This document shows, piece after piece, positions 1 to 7,320 of a stretch of 12,878 bases of DNA; within the stretch, counting starts at the first letter, position 1, and every line of letters starts with the position of its first letter. Under the pieces are notes generated by a model. The model did no database searches and was not told the DNA's origin. It saw only the letters and a program-made list of their open reading frames with translations. This stretch comes from a virus (lineage: Duplodnaviria > Heunggongvirae > Uroviricota > Caudoviricetes). Location of the stretch: the IMG/VR virus record IMGVR_UViG_2681813225_000019. One strand, 5' to 3'. Both the position numbers and the translations under genes were made by a program.

Positions 1-11
1 TGTTCTACTAA

Positions 12-1466
12 TTGGATGCACTACCCCATATTGAAGGGGCGAGCAAACAAAGTGATTTTGTCCAGGCGGGTTATCAGTATGGTTTTAATAATTTATTGAC
101 GCTGTATGGTGGCTCGATGGTCGCGAATAATTATTACGCGTTCACTTTGGGGACTGGCTGGAATACACGCATTGGTGCCATTTCCGTCGATGCCACGAAG
201 TCGCATAGTAAACAAGACAACGGCGATGTGTTTGACGGGCAAAGTTATCAAATTGCCTACAACAAATTTGTGAGCCAAACGTCGACGCGTTTTGGTCTGG
301 CGGCCTGGCGTTATTCGTCGCGTGATTACCGGACATTTAACGATCACGTTTGGGCAAACAATAAAGATAATTATCGCCGTGATGAAAACGATGTCTATGA
401 CATTGCCGATTATTACCAGAACGATTTTGGCCGTAAAAATAGCTTTTCTGCCAATATGAGCCAGTCATTGCCAGAAGGCTGGGGGTCTTTGTCCTTAAGT
501 ACTTTATGGCGTGATTACTGGGGGCGCGGTGGCAGTAGTAAAGATTATCAACGGAGTTATTCCAATAACTGGCGGCGGATAAGCTATACCCTCGCGGCAA
601 GCCAGGCGTATGACGAGAATCATCATGAAGAGAAACATTTTAATATTTTTATATCGATTCCCTTTGATTGGGGTGATGACGTTTCGACGCCTCGTCGGCA
701 AATATATATGTCTAACTCAACGACGTTTGATGATCAGGGGTTTGCCTCAAATAATACGGGATTATCAGGAACCGTTGGAAGCCGGGATCAGTTTAACTAT
801 GGGGTCAACCTGAGTTATCAGCATCAGGGAAATGAAACGACAGCTGGGGCGAATTTGACCTGGAACGCGCCGGTTGCGACAGTGAATGGCAGTTATAGTC
901 AGTCGAGTACTTATCGACAGGCTGGAGCCAGTGTTTCAGGGGGCATTGTCGCCTGGTCGGGTGGCGTTAATCTGGCGAACCGTCTTTCCGAAACGTTTGC
1001 TGTGATGAATGCGCCAGGAATTAAAGATGCTTATGTCAATGGGCAAAAATATCGCACAACAAACCGTAATGGAGTGGTGATATACGACGGAATGACACCT
1101 TATCGGGAAAATCACCTGATGCTGGATGTGTCGCAAAGCGATAGCGAAGCAGAATTACGTGGCAACCGGAAAATTGCCGCCCCTTATCGCGGCGCGGTTG
1201 TACTGGTTAATTTTGATACCGATCAGCGCAAGCCCTGGTTTATTAAAGCGTTAAGAGCGGATGGTCAACCATTAATGTTTGGTTATGAAGTCAATGATAT
1301 CCATGGTCATAATATTGGCGTTGTCGGCCAGGGAAGCCAGTTATTTATTCGCACCAATGAAGTACCGCCATCGGTTAATGTGGCAATTGATAAGCAACAA
1401 GGACTTTCATGCACAATCACCTTCGGTAAAGAGATTGATGAAAGTAGAAATTATATTTGCCAGTAA
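12..1466 (+). CDS. yehB: Fimbrial outer-membrane usher protein, C-terminal ~484 codons (chaperone-usher pathway); gene body starts upstream of the window
   Basis: Long ORF with usher-like C-terminus (Gly/Ser/Asn/Tyr-rich beta-barrel-type composition, ending ...GKEIDESRNYICQ). It is directly followed by a fimbrial adhesin-like gene and sits next to rcnB/rcnA/rcnR, as in the yehABCD-rcn neighbourhood of E. coli K-12 (gene order from memory). In-frame TAA at 9-11 just upstream of the first possible start (TTG at 12). Confidence 0.8.
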   Translation: MDALPHIEGASKQSDFVQAGYQYGFNNLLTLYGGSMVANNYYAFTLGTGWNTRIGAISVDATKSHSKQDNGDVFDGQSYQIAYNKFVSQTSTRFGLAAWRYSSRDYRTFNDHVWANNKDNYRRDENDVYDIADYYQNDFGRKNSFSANMSQSLPEGWGSLSLSTLWRDYWGRGGSSKDYQRSYSNNWRRISYTLAASQAYDENHHEEKHFNIFISIPFDWGDDVSTPRRQIYMSNSTTFDDQGFASNNTGLSGTVGSRDQFNYGVNLSYQHQGNETTAGANLTWNAPVATVNGSYSQSSTYRQAGASVSGGIVAWSGGVNLANRLSETFAVMNAPGIKDAYVNGQKYRTTNRNGVVIYDGMTPYRENHLMLDVSQSDSEAELRGNRKIAAPYRGAVVLVNFDTDQRKPWFIKALRADGQPLMFGYEVNDIHGHNIGVVGQGSQLFIRTNEVPPSVNVAIDKQQGLSCTITFGKEIDESRNYICQ

Positions 1467-1481
1467 TAGTCAGGTGGTTCT

Positions 1482-2516
1482 ATGGAAATTCGCATAATGC
1501 TATTTATATTAATGATGATGGTTATGCCTGTGAGCTATGCGGCATGTTATAGTGAGTTATCTGTTCAGCACAATTTGGTTGTTCAGGGGGATTTTGCACT
1601 TACTCAAACACAAATAGCGACATATGAGCATAATTTTAATGATTCGTCATGCGTGAGTACAAATACTATCACCACTATGAGTTCGTCGGATATTATTGTT
1701 GGACTTTATAACGATACCATAAAATTAAATTTACATTTTGAATGGACCAATAAAAACAACATCACGTTGTCAAATAATCAGACCAGTTTCACCAGTGGTT
1801 ATTCAGTTACGGTGACACCTGCGGCCAGTAATGCAAAAGTGAATGTTTCTGCGGGGGGCGGCGGTTCAGTGATGATTAATGGTGTTGCGACATTATCCAG
1901 TGCTTCATCATCGACACGCGGGAGTGCCGCGGTACAATTTCTACTGTGTTTATTAGGTGGCAAGTCATGGGATGCATGTGTAAATAGCTACAGAAATGCA
2001 TTGGCACAAAATGCAGGTGTCTATTCCTTTAATCTGACATTGTCATACAACCCGATAACCACAACCTGCAAACCGGACGATTTATTAATTACTTTAGACA
2101 GTATTCCCGTTTCACAATTACCAGCCACAGGTAACAAAGCAACAATTAATAGTAAACAAGGGGATATTATTCTGCGTTGTAAAAATTTATTAGGTCAACA
2201 AAATCAAACATCACGGAAAATGCAGGTGTATTTATCAAGTTCTGATTTGTTAGCCGGCAGTAACACGATCCTGAAAGGTGCAGGAAATAATGGAGTCGGA
2301 TTTATGCTTGAAAGCAATGGTTCTCCAGTCACATTTTTAAATATCACTGATAACAGCAAAGGATACACAAATTTAAAAGAAATTGCGGCAAAGTCAAAAC
2401 TTACAGATACAACGGTTTCAATTCCGATAACTGCCAGTTACTACGTCTACGATACAAACAAAGTTAAATCTGGCGCACTGGAGGCAACCGCATTAATCAA
2501 CGTGAAATACGACTAA
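1482..2516 (+). CDS. yehA: Fimbrial adhesin-like / fimbrial subunit protein with N-terminal signal peptide (344 aa)
   Basis: ATG at 1482 preceded by AGGTGG; hydrophobic signal-like N-terminus (MEIRIMLFILMMMVMPVSYAA); Ser/Thr/Asn-rich; position immediately downstream of the usher and convergent with rcnB. Symbol assigned from synteny, from memory. Confidence 0.8.
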   Translation: MEIRIMLFILMMMVMPVSYAACYSELSVQHNLVVQGDFALTQTQIATYEHNFNDSSCVSTNTITTMSSSDIIVGLYNDTIKLNLHFEWTNKNNITLSNNQTSFTSGYSVTVTPAASNAKVNVSAGGGGSVMINGVATLSSASSSTRGSAAVQFLLCLLGGKSWDACVNSYRNALAQNAGVYSFNLTLSYNPITTTCKPDDLLITLDSIPVSQLPATGNKATINSKQGDIILRCKNLLGQQNQTSRKMQVYLSSSDLLAGSNTILKGAGNNGVGFMLESNGSPVTFLNITDNSKGYTNLKEIAAKSKLTDTTVSIPITASYYVYDTNKVKSGALEATALINVKYD

Positions 2517-2572
2517 TAACAAGCAAGACGAGCAAGTGGCTAATAATAAAAAATAACAAGGTGTCTGCATTT

Positions 2573-2599
2573 CCCCCTCATGATGAGGGGGCTTTTTTT
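2573..2599. terminator. Rho-independent terminator between the convergent yehA-like and rcnB genes
   Basis: Inverted repeat CCCCCTCA (2573-2580) / TGAGGGGG (2584-2591) followed by a T7 run (2593-2599); the T-run overlaps the rcnB stop codon on the opposite strand. Confidence 0.55.
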
Positions 2600-2936
2600 A
2601 GCGATGATAAAAAATCTCACCGTCGTAGGCTTTAATGATTTTACCGTCGGTGTCGCTGATCAACACGTACGCGCCACCCATATAGGTCCAGTGCGTCCCG
2701 GCATCAGGCGCGGGCAGGTTACGTAACTGCCACTGCTTAATGTTGTACTCATCGGTGCGGTACATCTCTGGGACGGTATCACCTGGTTTGAAATGCTTAA
2801 AGTCAGCAATGAAACTACTTAACTCATACTTAGAAATTCCCGAGGTATTGGTCGAACCCGCGGTGGCTGGTGCGGCCCAGGCGGCACTGGTAACCAGCAA
2901 AAGCACACCCAGCAACATCTTATTTTTAATGGTCAT
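2598..2936 (-). CDS. rcnB: Periplasmic nickel/cobalt homeostasis protein RcnB (YohN), 112 aa
   Basis: Minus-strand ORF; chosen start is the ATG at 2936 (MTIKNKMLLGVLLLVTSAAWA signal peptide), preceded by GGAGAG, not the 187-aa upstream extension in the ORF track. Sequence recognised as RcnB/YohN; lies downstream of rcnA. Confidence 0.88.
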   Translation of the reverse strand: MTIKNKMLLGVLLLVTSAAWAAPATAGSTNTSGISKYELSSFIADFKHFKPGDTVPEMYRTDEYNIKQWQLRNLPAPDAGTHWTYMGGAYVLISDTDGKIIKAYDGEIFYHR

Positions 2937-3157
2937 AAACTCTCCACTTTGGGGATCTGTAATATCAGTCGCATATCTTTCCTGCCATACAATATAACTG
3001 ACAAGCGATATTTTGTTAGTGATCCCATGATTTCGTAAAAAGTGTAAATGAAAGGATGCCCTAAAAGCATCCTTAGCGAGCAGAGGGTCAGCGGAAATAG
3101 CTGATTTAAGAATCATCCTGGGCTGAAGATAACATGCAAGCCTAAAGGATTGAGTTA

Positions 3158-4003
3158 TCACATTATGCCCATGAAGCCATGTACGCCCATATACACACCG
3201 ACTAAGCCAATCAACAGACTGGAAAAATAGGGGGCGCGTTTAGCGAGAGTGTTAAATCCGCTCCAGCGTTTTGCGACCTGCTGAACGCTGATTGCTGCGC
3301 CAACGCCTACGGTGACAAGCGTTAACGCCAGGCCAATGCTGAAACTGACGACCAGTGTTGCGCCCAGTGTCAGGGCTTTCAACTGAATGCATATCAATAG
3401 CACGGTAATTGCTGCCGGGCAGGGGATAAGGCCACCGGTTAAGCCAAATAACAAAATTTGCCAGTTGGTGACCTCTCTACCATCAAAGCGTCGTTTAATG
3501 TCATTGGCATGGGCTCGTGCATGGGCATCCTGATACTCGCCATGTTCGTGATGGTGATGATGTCCATGGTCGTGGTGATGTTCGTGGTCTTGATGATGTT
3601 CGTGATCGTGATGATGGTGATGATGCTCATAATCATACTCGTGCATATTCTCCAGCCAGTTGCGTTCGCCGCGCCAGGTACGCCAGAACATCCAGAACGC
3701 GGTGCCAATAATGATCACTGCGGAAATCAGCTGGAGCCACGGTTCTGCTGATTGAGCAGTAAAGCGCTTGCTGATCACCATCCCGCCAAAGGCAATTAAC
3801 CAGACCACTGCGGTATGCGAAATAGTTGCTGCCAGTCCGAGCATTACCGCTTGTTTAATGGTGCCTTTGATGGCGATGATAAACGCCGCCATCATCGTTT
3901 TTGAGTGCCCTGGTTCCAGGCCATGAAGCGCACCAAGTAAGATGGCGCTGGGGATGAAGAACCAGGCGTTTCCTTGCTGAAGAAGAGTTGTAAATTCGGT
4001 CAT
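3158..4003 (-). CDS. rcnA: Nickel/cobalt efflux transporter RcnA with histidine-rich cytoplasmic loop (281 aa)
   Basis: Membrane protein with an internal His-rich stretch (EHHHHHHDHEHHQDHEHHHDHGHHHHHEH) encoded by repetitive CAT/CAC-rich DNA around 3530-3650; divergent from rcnR with RcnR operator motifs in between. Confidence 0.92.
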   Translation of the reverse strand: MTEFTTLLQQGNAWFFIPSAILLGALHGLEPGHSKTMMAAFIIAIKGTIKQAVMLGLAATISHTAVVWLIAFGGMVISKRFTAQSAEPWLQLISAVIIIGTAFWMFWRTWRGERNWLENMHEYDYEHHHHHHDHEHHQDHEHHHDHGHHHHHEHGEYQDAHARAHANDIKRRFDGREVTNWQILLFGLTGGLIPCPAAITVLLICIQLKALTLGATLVVSFSIGLALTLVTVGVGAAISVQQVAKRWSGFNTLAKRAPYFSSLLIGLVGVYMGVHGFMGIM

Positions 4004-4040
4004 GATAATAATTCTTAGTATTAATTCGGCAATCTGATTC

Positions 4041-4075
4041 TACTCCCCCCCAGTACCTGATACTACACCCCAGTA
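4041..4075. promoter_or_regulatory. Two RcnR operator sites in the rcnA-rcnR divergent promoter region
   Basis: TACTCCCCCCCAGTA (4041-4055) and TACTACACCCCAGTA (4061-4075). On the opposite strand these read TACT-G(n)-AGTA, the published RcnR recognition pattern (TACT-G6-N-AGTA). Confidence 0.7.
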
Positions 4076-4123
4076 GATTAATAGTGCTATGATTTTTCAT
4101 ATTCTTGTTAACCAGGTGTTGCC

Positions 4124-4396
4124 ATGTCTCATACAATCCGTGATAAACAGAAACTGAAAGCGCGTGCCAGTAAGATTCAGGGCCAGGTCGTGGCGCTCAA
4201 GAAAATGCTCGACGAGCCGCACGAATGCGCTGCAGTTTTACAACAGATTGCTGCTATCCGTGGCGCGGTAAACGGTCTGATGCGGGAAGTGATTAAAGGT
4301 CATCTGACGGAACACATCGTTCACCAGGGGGATGAGCTAAAACGTGAAGAAGATCTGGATGTCGTTCTGAAGGTGCTGGATTCATATATCAAATAA
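4124..4396 (+). CDS. rcnR: Ni(II)/Co(II)-responsive transcriptional repressor RcnR (CsoR/RcnR family), 90 aa
   Basis: 90-aa ORF ([38 protein letters not shown]...) recognised as RcnR; divergent from rcnA. Confidence 0.92.
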
Positions 4397-4486
4397 TTTA
4401 TTAACGCGATTGTAAAACTGCCGTTTTTCCTCGTTTACAACGCGTGCGCTGGACATTACCATCCTCCTCTGCGATTTATCATCGCA

Positions 4487-4537
4487 ACCAAACGACTCGG
4501 GGTGCCCTTCTGCGTGAAGGCTGAGAAATACCCGTAT
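4487..4537 (+). promoter_or_regulatory. 5' portion of the thiM TPP riboswitch aptamer (thi-box), truncated at an island junction
   Basis: AACCAAACGACTCGGGGTGCCCTTCTGCGTGAAGGCTGAGAAATACCCGTAT matches the E. coli thiM aptamer as I remember it, including the CUGAGA thi-box core. The expected continuation (CACCTGATCTGGATAATGCCAGCG...) is absent; island-type sequence follows. Confidence 0.7.
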
Positions 4538-4666
4538 TTTCTCATTTAGTGTTTTTTGTGGTTCGGGGTTGTTCGTGGTTGTTTGGATATATATTTGATA
4601 TTAAATGGAATGTTGCGTTTTCTTGTTTGTTATTGTTCGTCGTTGTTCGTAGAGCTTCAACGAAAT

Positions 4667-4690
4667 GTGTGGTCAGTTGTGTGGTCAGTT
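4667..4690 (+). repeat. Perfect tandem direct repeat, 2 x 12 bp (GTGTGGTCAGTT), 36 bp upstream of the int start
   Basis: GTGTGGTCAGTT at 4667-4678 and again at 4679-4690. Confidence 0.6.
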
Positions 4691-4725
4691 TTTTGGGGCT
4701 GGAGGACTGAAAAGAGGATCTGATA

Positions 4726-5946
4726 GTGGGAAAAGCACTAAACAAACTGAGCGATTCGACATTAAAAAAATTGGCGGCTGTCCAGGCAGAAAAAGAGCGT
4801 TTTTACTCCGACGGGGGCGGGCTGGAGATTAAACACTCAAAAGGCGGAAAATTAACCTGGTATTTCCGGTACCGAACGGGAGGCCGTGAGGTTGCCGCAG
4901 AGCGGTTAAAGCTGGGGGCTTACCCTGAATTGTCGCTGAAAGCTGCAAGGGAAAAACGCGCACAGTGCCGGGCATGGCTGGCTGAGGGTAAAAACCCCCG
5001 TTATGAGTTGTGCGCCACAGTACAGGAAGCGCTAAAACCCGTTACGGTGAAGGAGGCGATTAACTACTGGCTGGAGGAATATGCGAAGGATAACCGCAAA
5101 GACTACATAAAGCTGGTGCAACGTATGGATAAGCACATCATTTGCCATATAGGGGCAATTCCTCTTGATAAATGCGACACAAGGCAGTGGATCGCATGTT
5201 TTGACCGTGTACGAAAAAAAGCACCAGTAGCAGCGGGGCACGTCATGCAAACCTGCAAACAGGCGCTAAAGTTCTGCCGCAGGAGACGCTACGCGTTCAG
5301 TAATGCCCTGGACGATTTGATCGTCAGCGATGTGGGTAAGAGAGCAGAAATTCGCGAGAGGGTGCACAGTAACAGCGAATTAAAGGAAATTTTACGCGCT
5401 ATTGATGGTGATGTGTTCGCGCCTTACTACAGCGCGTTAATGCGCTTGCTGATTGTGTTCGGGTGCAGAACTGCAGAGGTCAGACTTTCAGAGATCAAAG
5501 AATGGGATCTGAAAGAAATGTTGTGGACAGTGCCAAAAGAGCACAGCAAAACGAAGGTAACGATATTCAGGCCAATCCCCGATGGCATTTTGCCGTTCAT
5601 TCAGAAGCTGGTGGATCAGAACCGGCATACAGGGTTATTGCTCGGAGAACTGAAAAAAGATACCACGGTAGCGCAATATGGGCGAAATGCGCATAAGCGG
5701 CTTAACCAGGAACATTGGTCACTGCATGACTTTCGCCACACGTTTACAACGATGCTGAACGATTTAGGTGTCGATCCGCATATCGTGGAGCACATCACAG
5801 CGCATCAGATGCCCGGTCAGCAAAAAACCTATAACCATTCACGCTATTTACAGGCGAAGCGGGACGCTCTGAATCTGTGGGTTGAGCGCCTCGATGTGCT
5901 GGCTGGAAATCATGAAAATATTGTTATGCTGAAGGTGGCCAAATGA
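4726..5946 (+). CDS. int: Tyrosine-type site-specific integrase (P4-like family), 406 aa
   Basis: GTG start at 4726 with AGAGGA seven nt upstream. C-terminal catalytic signature present (LHDFRHTF gives the HxxR box; YNHSRY gives the catalytic Tyr region). N-terminus resembles P4-family integrases (LSDSTLKKL). Adjacent to the island junction. Confidence 0.93.
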   Translation: MGKALNKLSDSTLKKLAAVQAEKERFYSDGGGLEIKHSKGGKLTWYFRYRTGGREVAAERLKLGAYPELSLKAAREKRAQCRAWLAEGKNPRYELCATVQEALKPVTVKEAINYWLEEYAKDNRKDYIKLVQRMDKHIICHIGAIPLDKCDTRQWIACFDRVRKKAPVAAGHVMQTCKQALKFCRRRRYAFSNALDDLIVSDVGKRAEIRERVHSNSELKEILRAIDGDVFAPYYSALMRLLIVFGCRTAEVRLSEIKEWDLKEMLWTVPKEHSKTKVTIFRPIPDGILPFIQKLVDQNRHTGLLLGELKKDTTVAQYGRNAHKRLNQEHWSLHDFRHTFTTMLNDLGVDPHIVEHITAHQMPGQQKTYNHSRYLQAKRDALNLWVERLDVLAGNHENIVMLKVAK

Positions 5947-6716
5947 AATTACCTAAAAGACTCTATTATCCGTTACCTGAAGCGGCAGAAAAGTTAGGCT
6001 GTGCAATAAAAGATCTTTATCATTACGCATATATAGGTGCTCTTAATATTTCTGTATATATACCAAAAATTGATGCTAAAAAATTCAATTTTTCATTATG
6101 TCATTTTATCAATGGTTGTAATGAGGAAGAATTAATAAAATATCCTTTCAATGATGAATCTGCTGTTTTTGGAAGTAATTTTACAGTTGGTTTAACTGGT
6201 GACACTGAATTTTTAGATAGTGCCATTATTGGTCCTGTAGGGAATTCTATCAAATGTTATTATGTTAGCAGCTTATCAGGGTTTTATTATACTCCGGCAT
6301 ATGTTTTTGCTGATGTCGAATTTAGCATGAGACAATATATAAAATGTTCTCATCTTACGAATAAGTATGGTGATGATAATCTCATGTATGTTTTTTGTAA
6401 GGGTGGTTATGAATTTGATGTTAACTATTTGTGTGTGATGGCTAGTGATTTAGATAATATAAAAAATACGGGAGACTTCCCGAAGATAACAGAAGATAGC
6501 CCAAAAGCATCGTCAAAAAGGAATGAGGTTATTTACTCTTTAATTAAACTTATTCCAGAAATGGGTGATGTAGACCTGGACACGGAATCATTACCTAAAA
6601 TAGCAGATTTAATTGATTCTATAGCTGCATCCAGAGGGATAGAATTTCCAAAAACACATTGGCAGACATGGCAAAAGTATTTGGGGCGTGAATCTCAACA
6701 AAAACGTAAAAAGTGA
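5943..6716 (+). CDS. Hypothetical protein, 257 aa, AT-rich accessory/cargo gene of unknown function
   Basis: Uninterrupted ORF whose ATG overlaps the int stop (ATGA at 5943-5946). Visibly more AT-rich than flanking int and alpA. N-terminus (PLPEAAEKLGCAIKDLYHYAYIG) looks like a short helix-turn-helix; the remainder has no motif I recognise. Confidence 0.8.
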   Translation: MKLPKRLYYPLPEAAEKLGCAIKDLYHYAYIGALNISVYIPKIDAKKFNFSLCHFINGCNEEELIKYPFNDESAVFGSNFTVGLTGDTEFLDSAIIGPVGNSIKCYYVSSLSGFYYTPAYVFADVEFSMRQYIKCSHLTNKYGDDNLMYVFCKGGYEFDVNYLCVMASDLDNIKNTGDFPKITEDSPKASSKRNEVIYSLIKLIPEMGDVDLDTESLPKIADLIDSIAASRGIEFPKTHWQTWQKYLGRESQQKRKK

Positions 6717-6744
6717 TATCACGTGCTGGTAGTGTGATATCACA
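6713..6744. promoter_or_regulatory. Two copies of the 10-bp palindrome GTGATATCAC, 12 bp apart; candidate operator
   Basis: GTGATATCAC at 6713-6722 (overlapping the stop of the 257-aa ORF) and at 6735-6744. Confidence 0.4.
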
Positions 6745-6771
6745 CAAACGGCGTTTTACTACCGCCTAGAA

Positions 6772-6807
6772 TCGTCCTCGTTCGGCAACGTTCGAGGACG
6801 TTTTTTT
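6772..6807 (+). terminator. Terminator-like hairpin plus T7 run ending at the alpA start codon; the 3' arm carries the alpA Shine-Dalgarno
   Basis: TCGTCCTCG (6772-6780) ... CGAGGACG (6793-6800) followed by TTTTTTT (6801-6807) and ATG at 6808. GAGGA within the 3' arm is the only SD-like sequence for alpA. Confidence 0.5.
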
Positions 6808-7032
6808 ATGAATCAAAATACACAATTTCAATCACTATCAGATCGCGTAATCCGTGAGGATGAATGCCGTAAGTTAACAGGAGTGTGCCGCACTACACGC
6901 TACGAACTGGAGAAAAAAGGGAATTTCCCGTCACGCCGTAATCTGGGTGGTCGTTCAGTAGGTTGGCTGCTTTCCGAGGTTATGGAATGGGTTAAAAGCC
7001 GGGATCGTATTAATTCAGGCAAGGCAGCGTAA
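6808..7032 (+). CDS. alpA: AlpA-family phage regulatory protein / excisionase-like HTH regulator, 74 aa
   Basis: Small ORF with the AlpA-like C-terminal pattern (GGRSVGWLLSEVMEWV) and a central HTH (CRKLTGVCRTTRYELEKKGNFP); positioned between the int-proximal cargo and the replication module. Confidence 0.88.
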   Translation: MNQNTQFQSLSDRVIREDECRKLTGVCRTTRYELEKKGNFPSRRNLGGRSVGWLLSEVMEWVKSRDRINSGKAA

Positions 7033-7143
7033 AGGGGGGCATATGACACATAAAACAAAGGCGACCGCAGAGGGCCGCCAGTGGCATAACACTAAACTTG
7101 AGCATATCCAGAATACCAGGTTGTTGGCTGGTGGGCAATGCAA

Positions 7144-7320
7144 TCAGTCTGGTTCAGTTCGTTGCCATAACTGCGAAGCTCTCTCCTTTGATGAGTATTC
7201 TTTAAGGTACTTCTCAAGGGCAAAAGAACACGGCGCGAATCGTTCTGATTCATGCTCTTTCTTTCTGAGTCGTCTTTTTCGTGCAGGTGATGTTTTTTTG
7301 GTTGATTCTTCGTTGGTCAT
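7144..7320 (-). CDS. Possible small basic protein, 58 aa (below the cut-off of the supplied ORF track)
   Basis: Hand-translated minus-strand ORF, ATG at 7320 to TGA at 7146-7144: MTNEESTKKTSPARKRRLRKKEHESERFAPCSFALEKYLKEYSSKERASQLWQRTEPD. It lies 57 nt downstream of the RHH-like gene. No clear SD, so this is weakly supported. Confidence 0.3.
   Translation of the reverse strand: MTNEESTKKTSPARKRRLRKKEHESERFAPCSFALEKYLKEYSSKERASQLWQRTEPD

Noticed and set aside
504-1136. Short ORFs on both strands inside the usher gene
   Set aside because: Contained within and out of frame with or antisense to the long usher ORF.
2937-3161. N-terminal extension of the rcnB ORF to 187 aa
   Set aside because: The extension has no signal peptide logic and overlaps the rcnA 3' end. 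The recognised RcnB protein starts at the internal ATG (2936), which has a good SD.
3439-3751. Three short ORFs on both strands inside rcnA (3439-3708, 3458-3751, 3517-3711)
   Set aside because: Artefacts of the repetitive His-codon region; they are fully contained within the rcnA coding sequence.
4397-4725. tRNA or tmRNA gene at the island junction
   Set aside because: No cloverleaf-compatible sequence or CCA-type 3' end was found by eye. The junction instead matches the thiM riboswitch leader.
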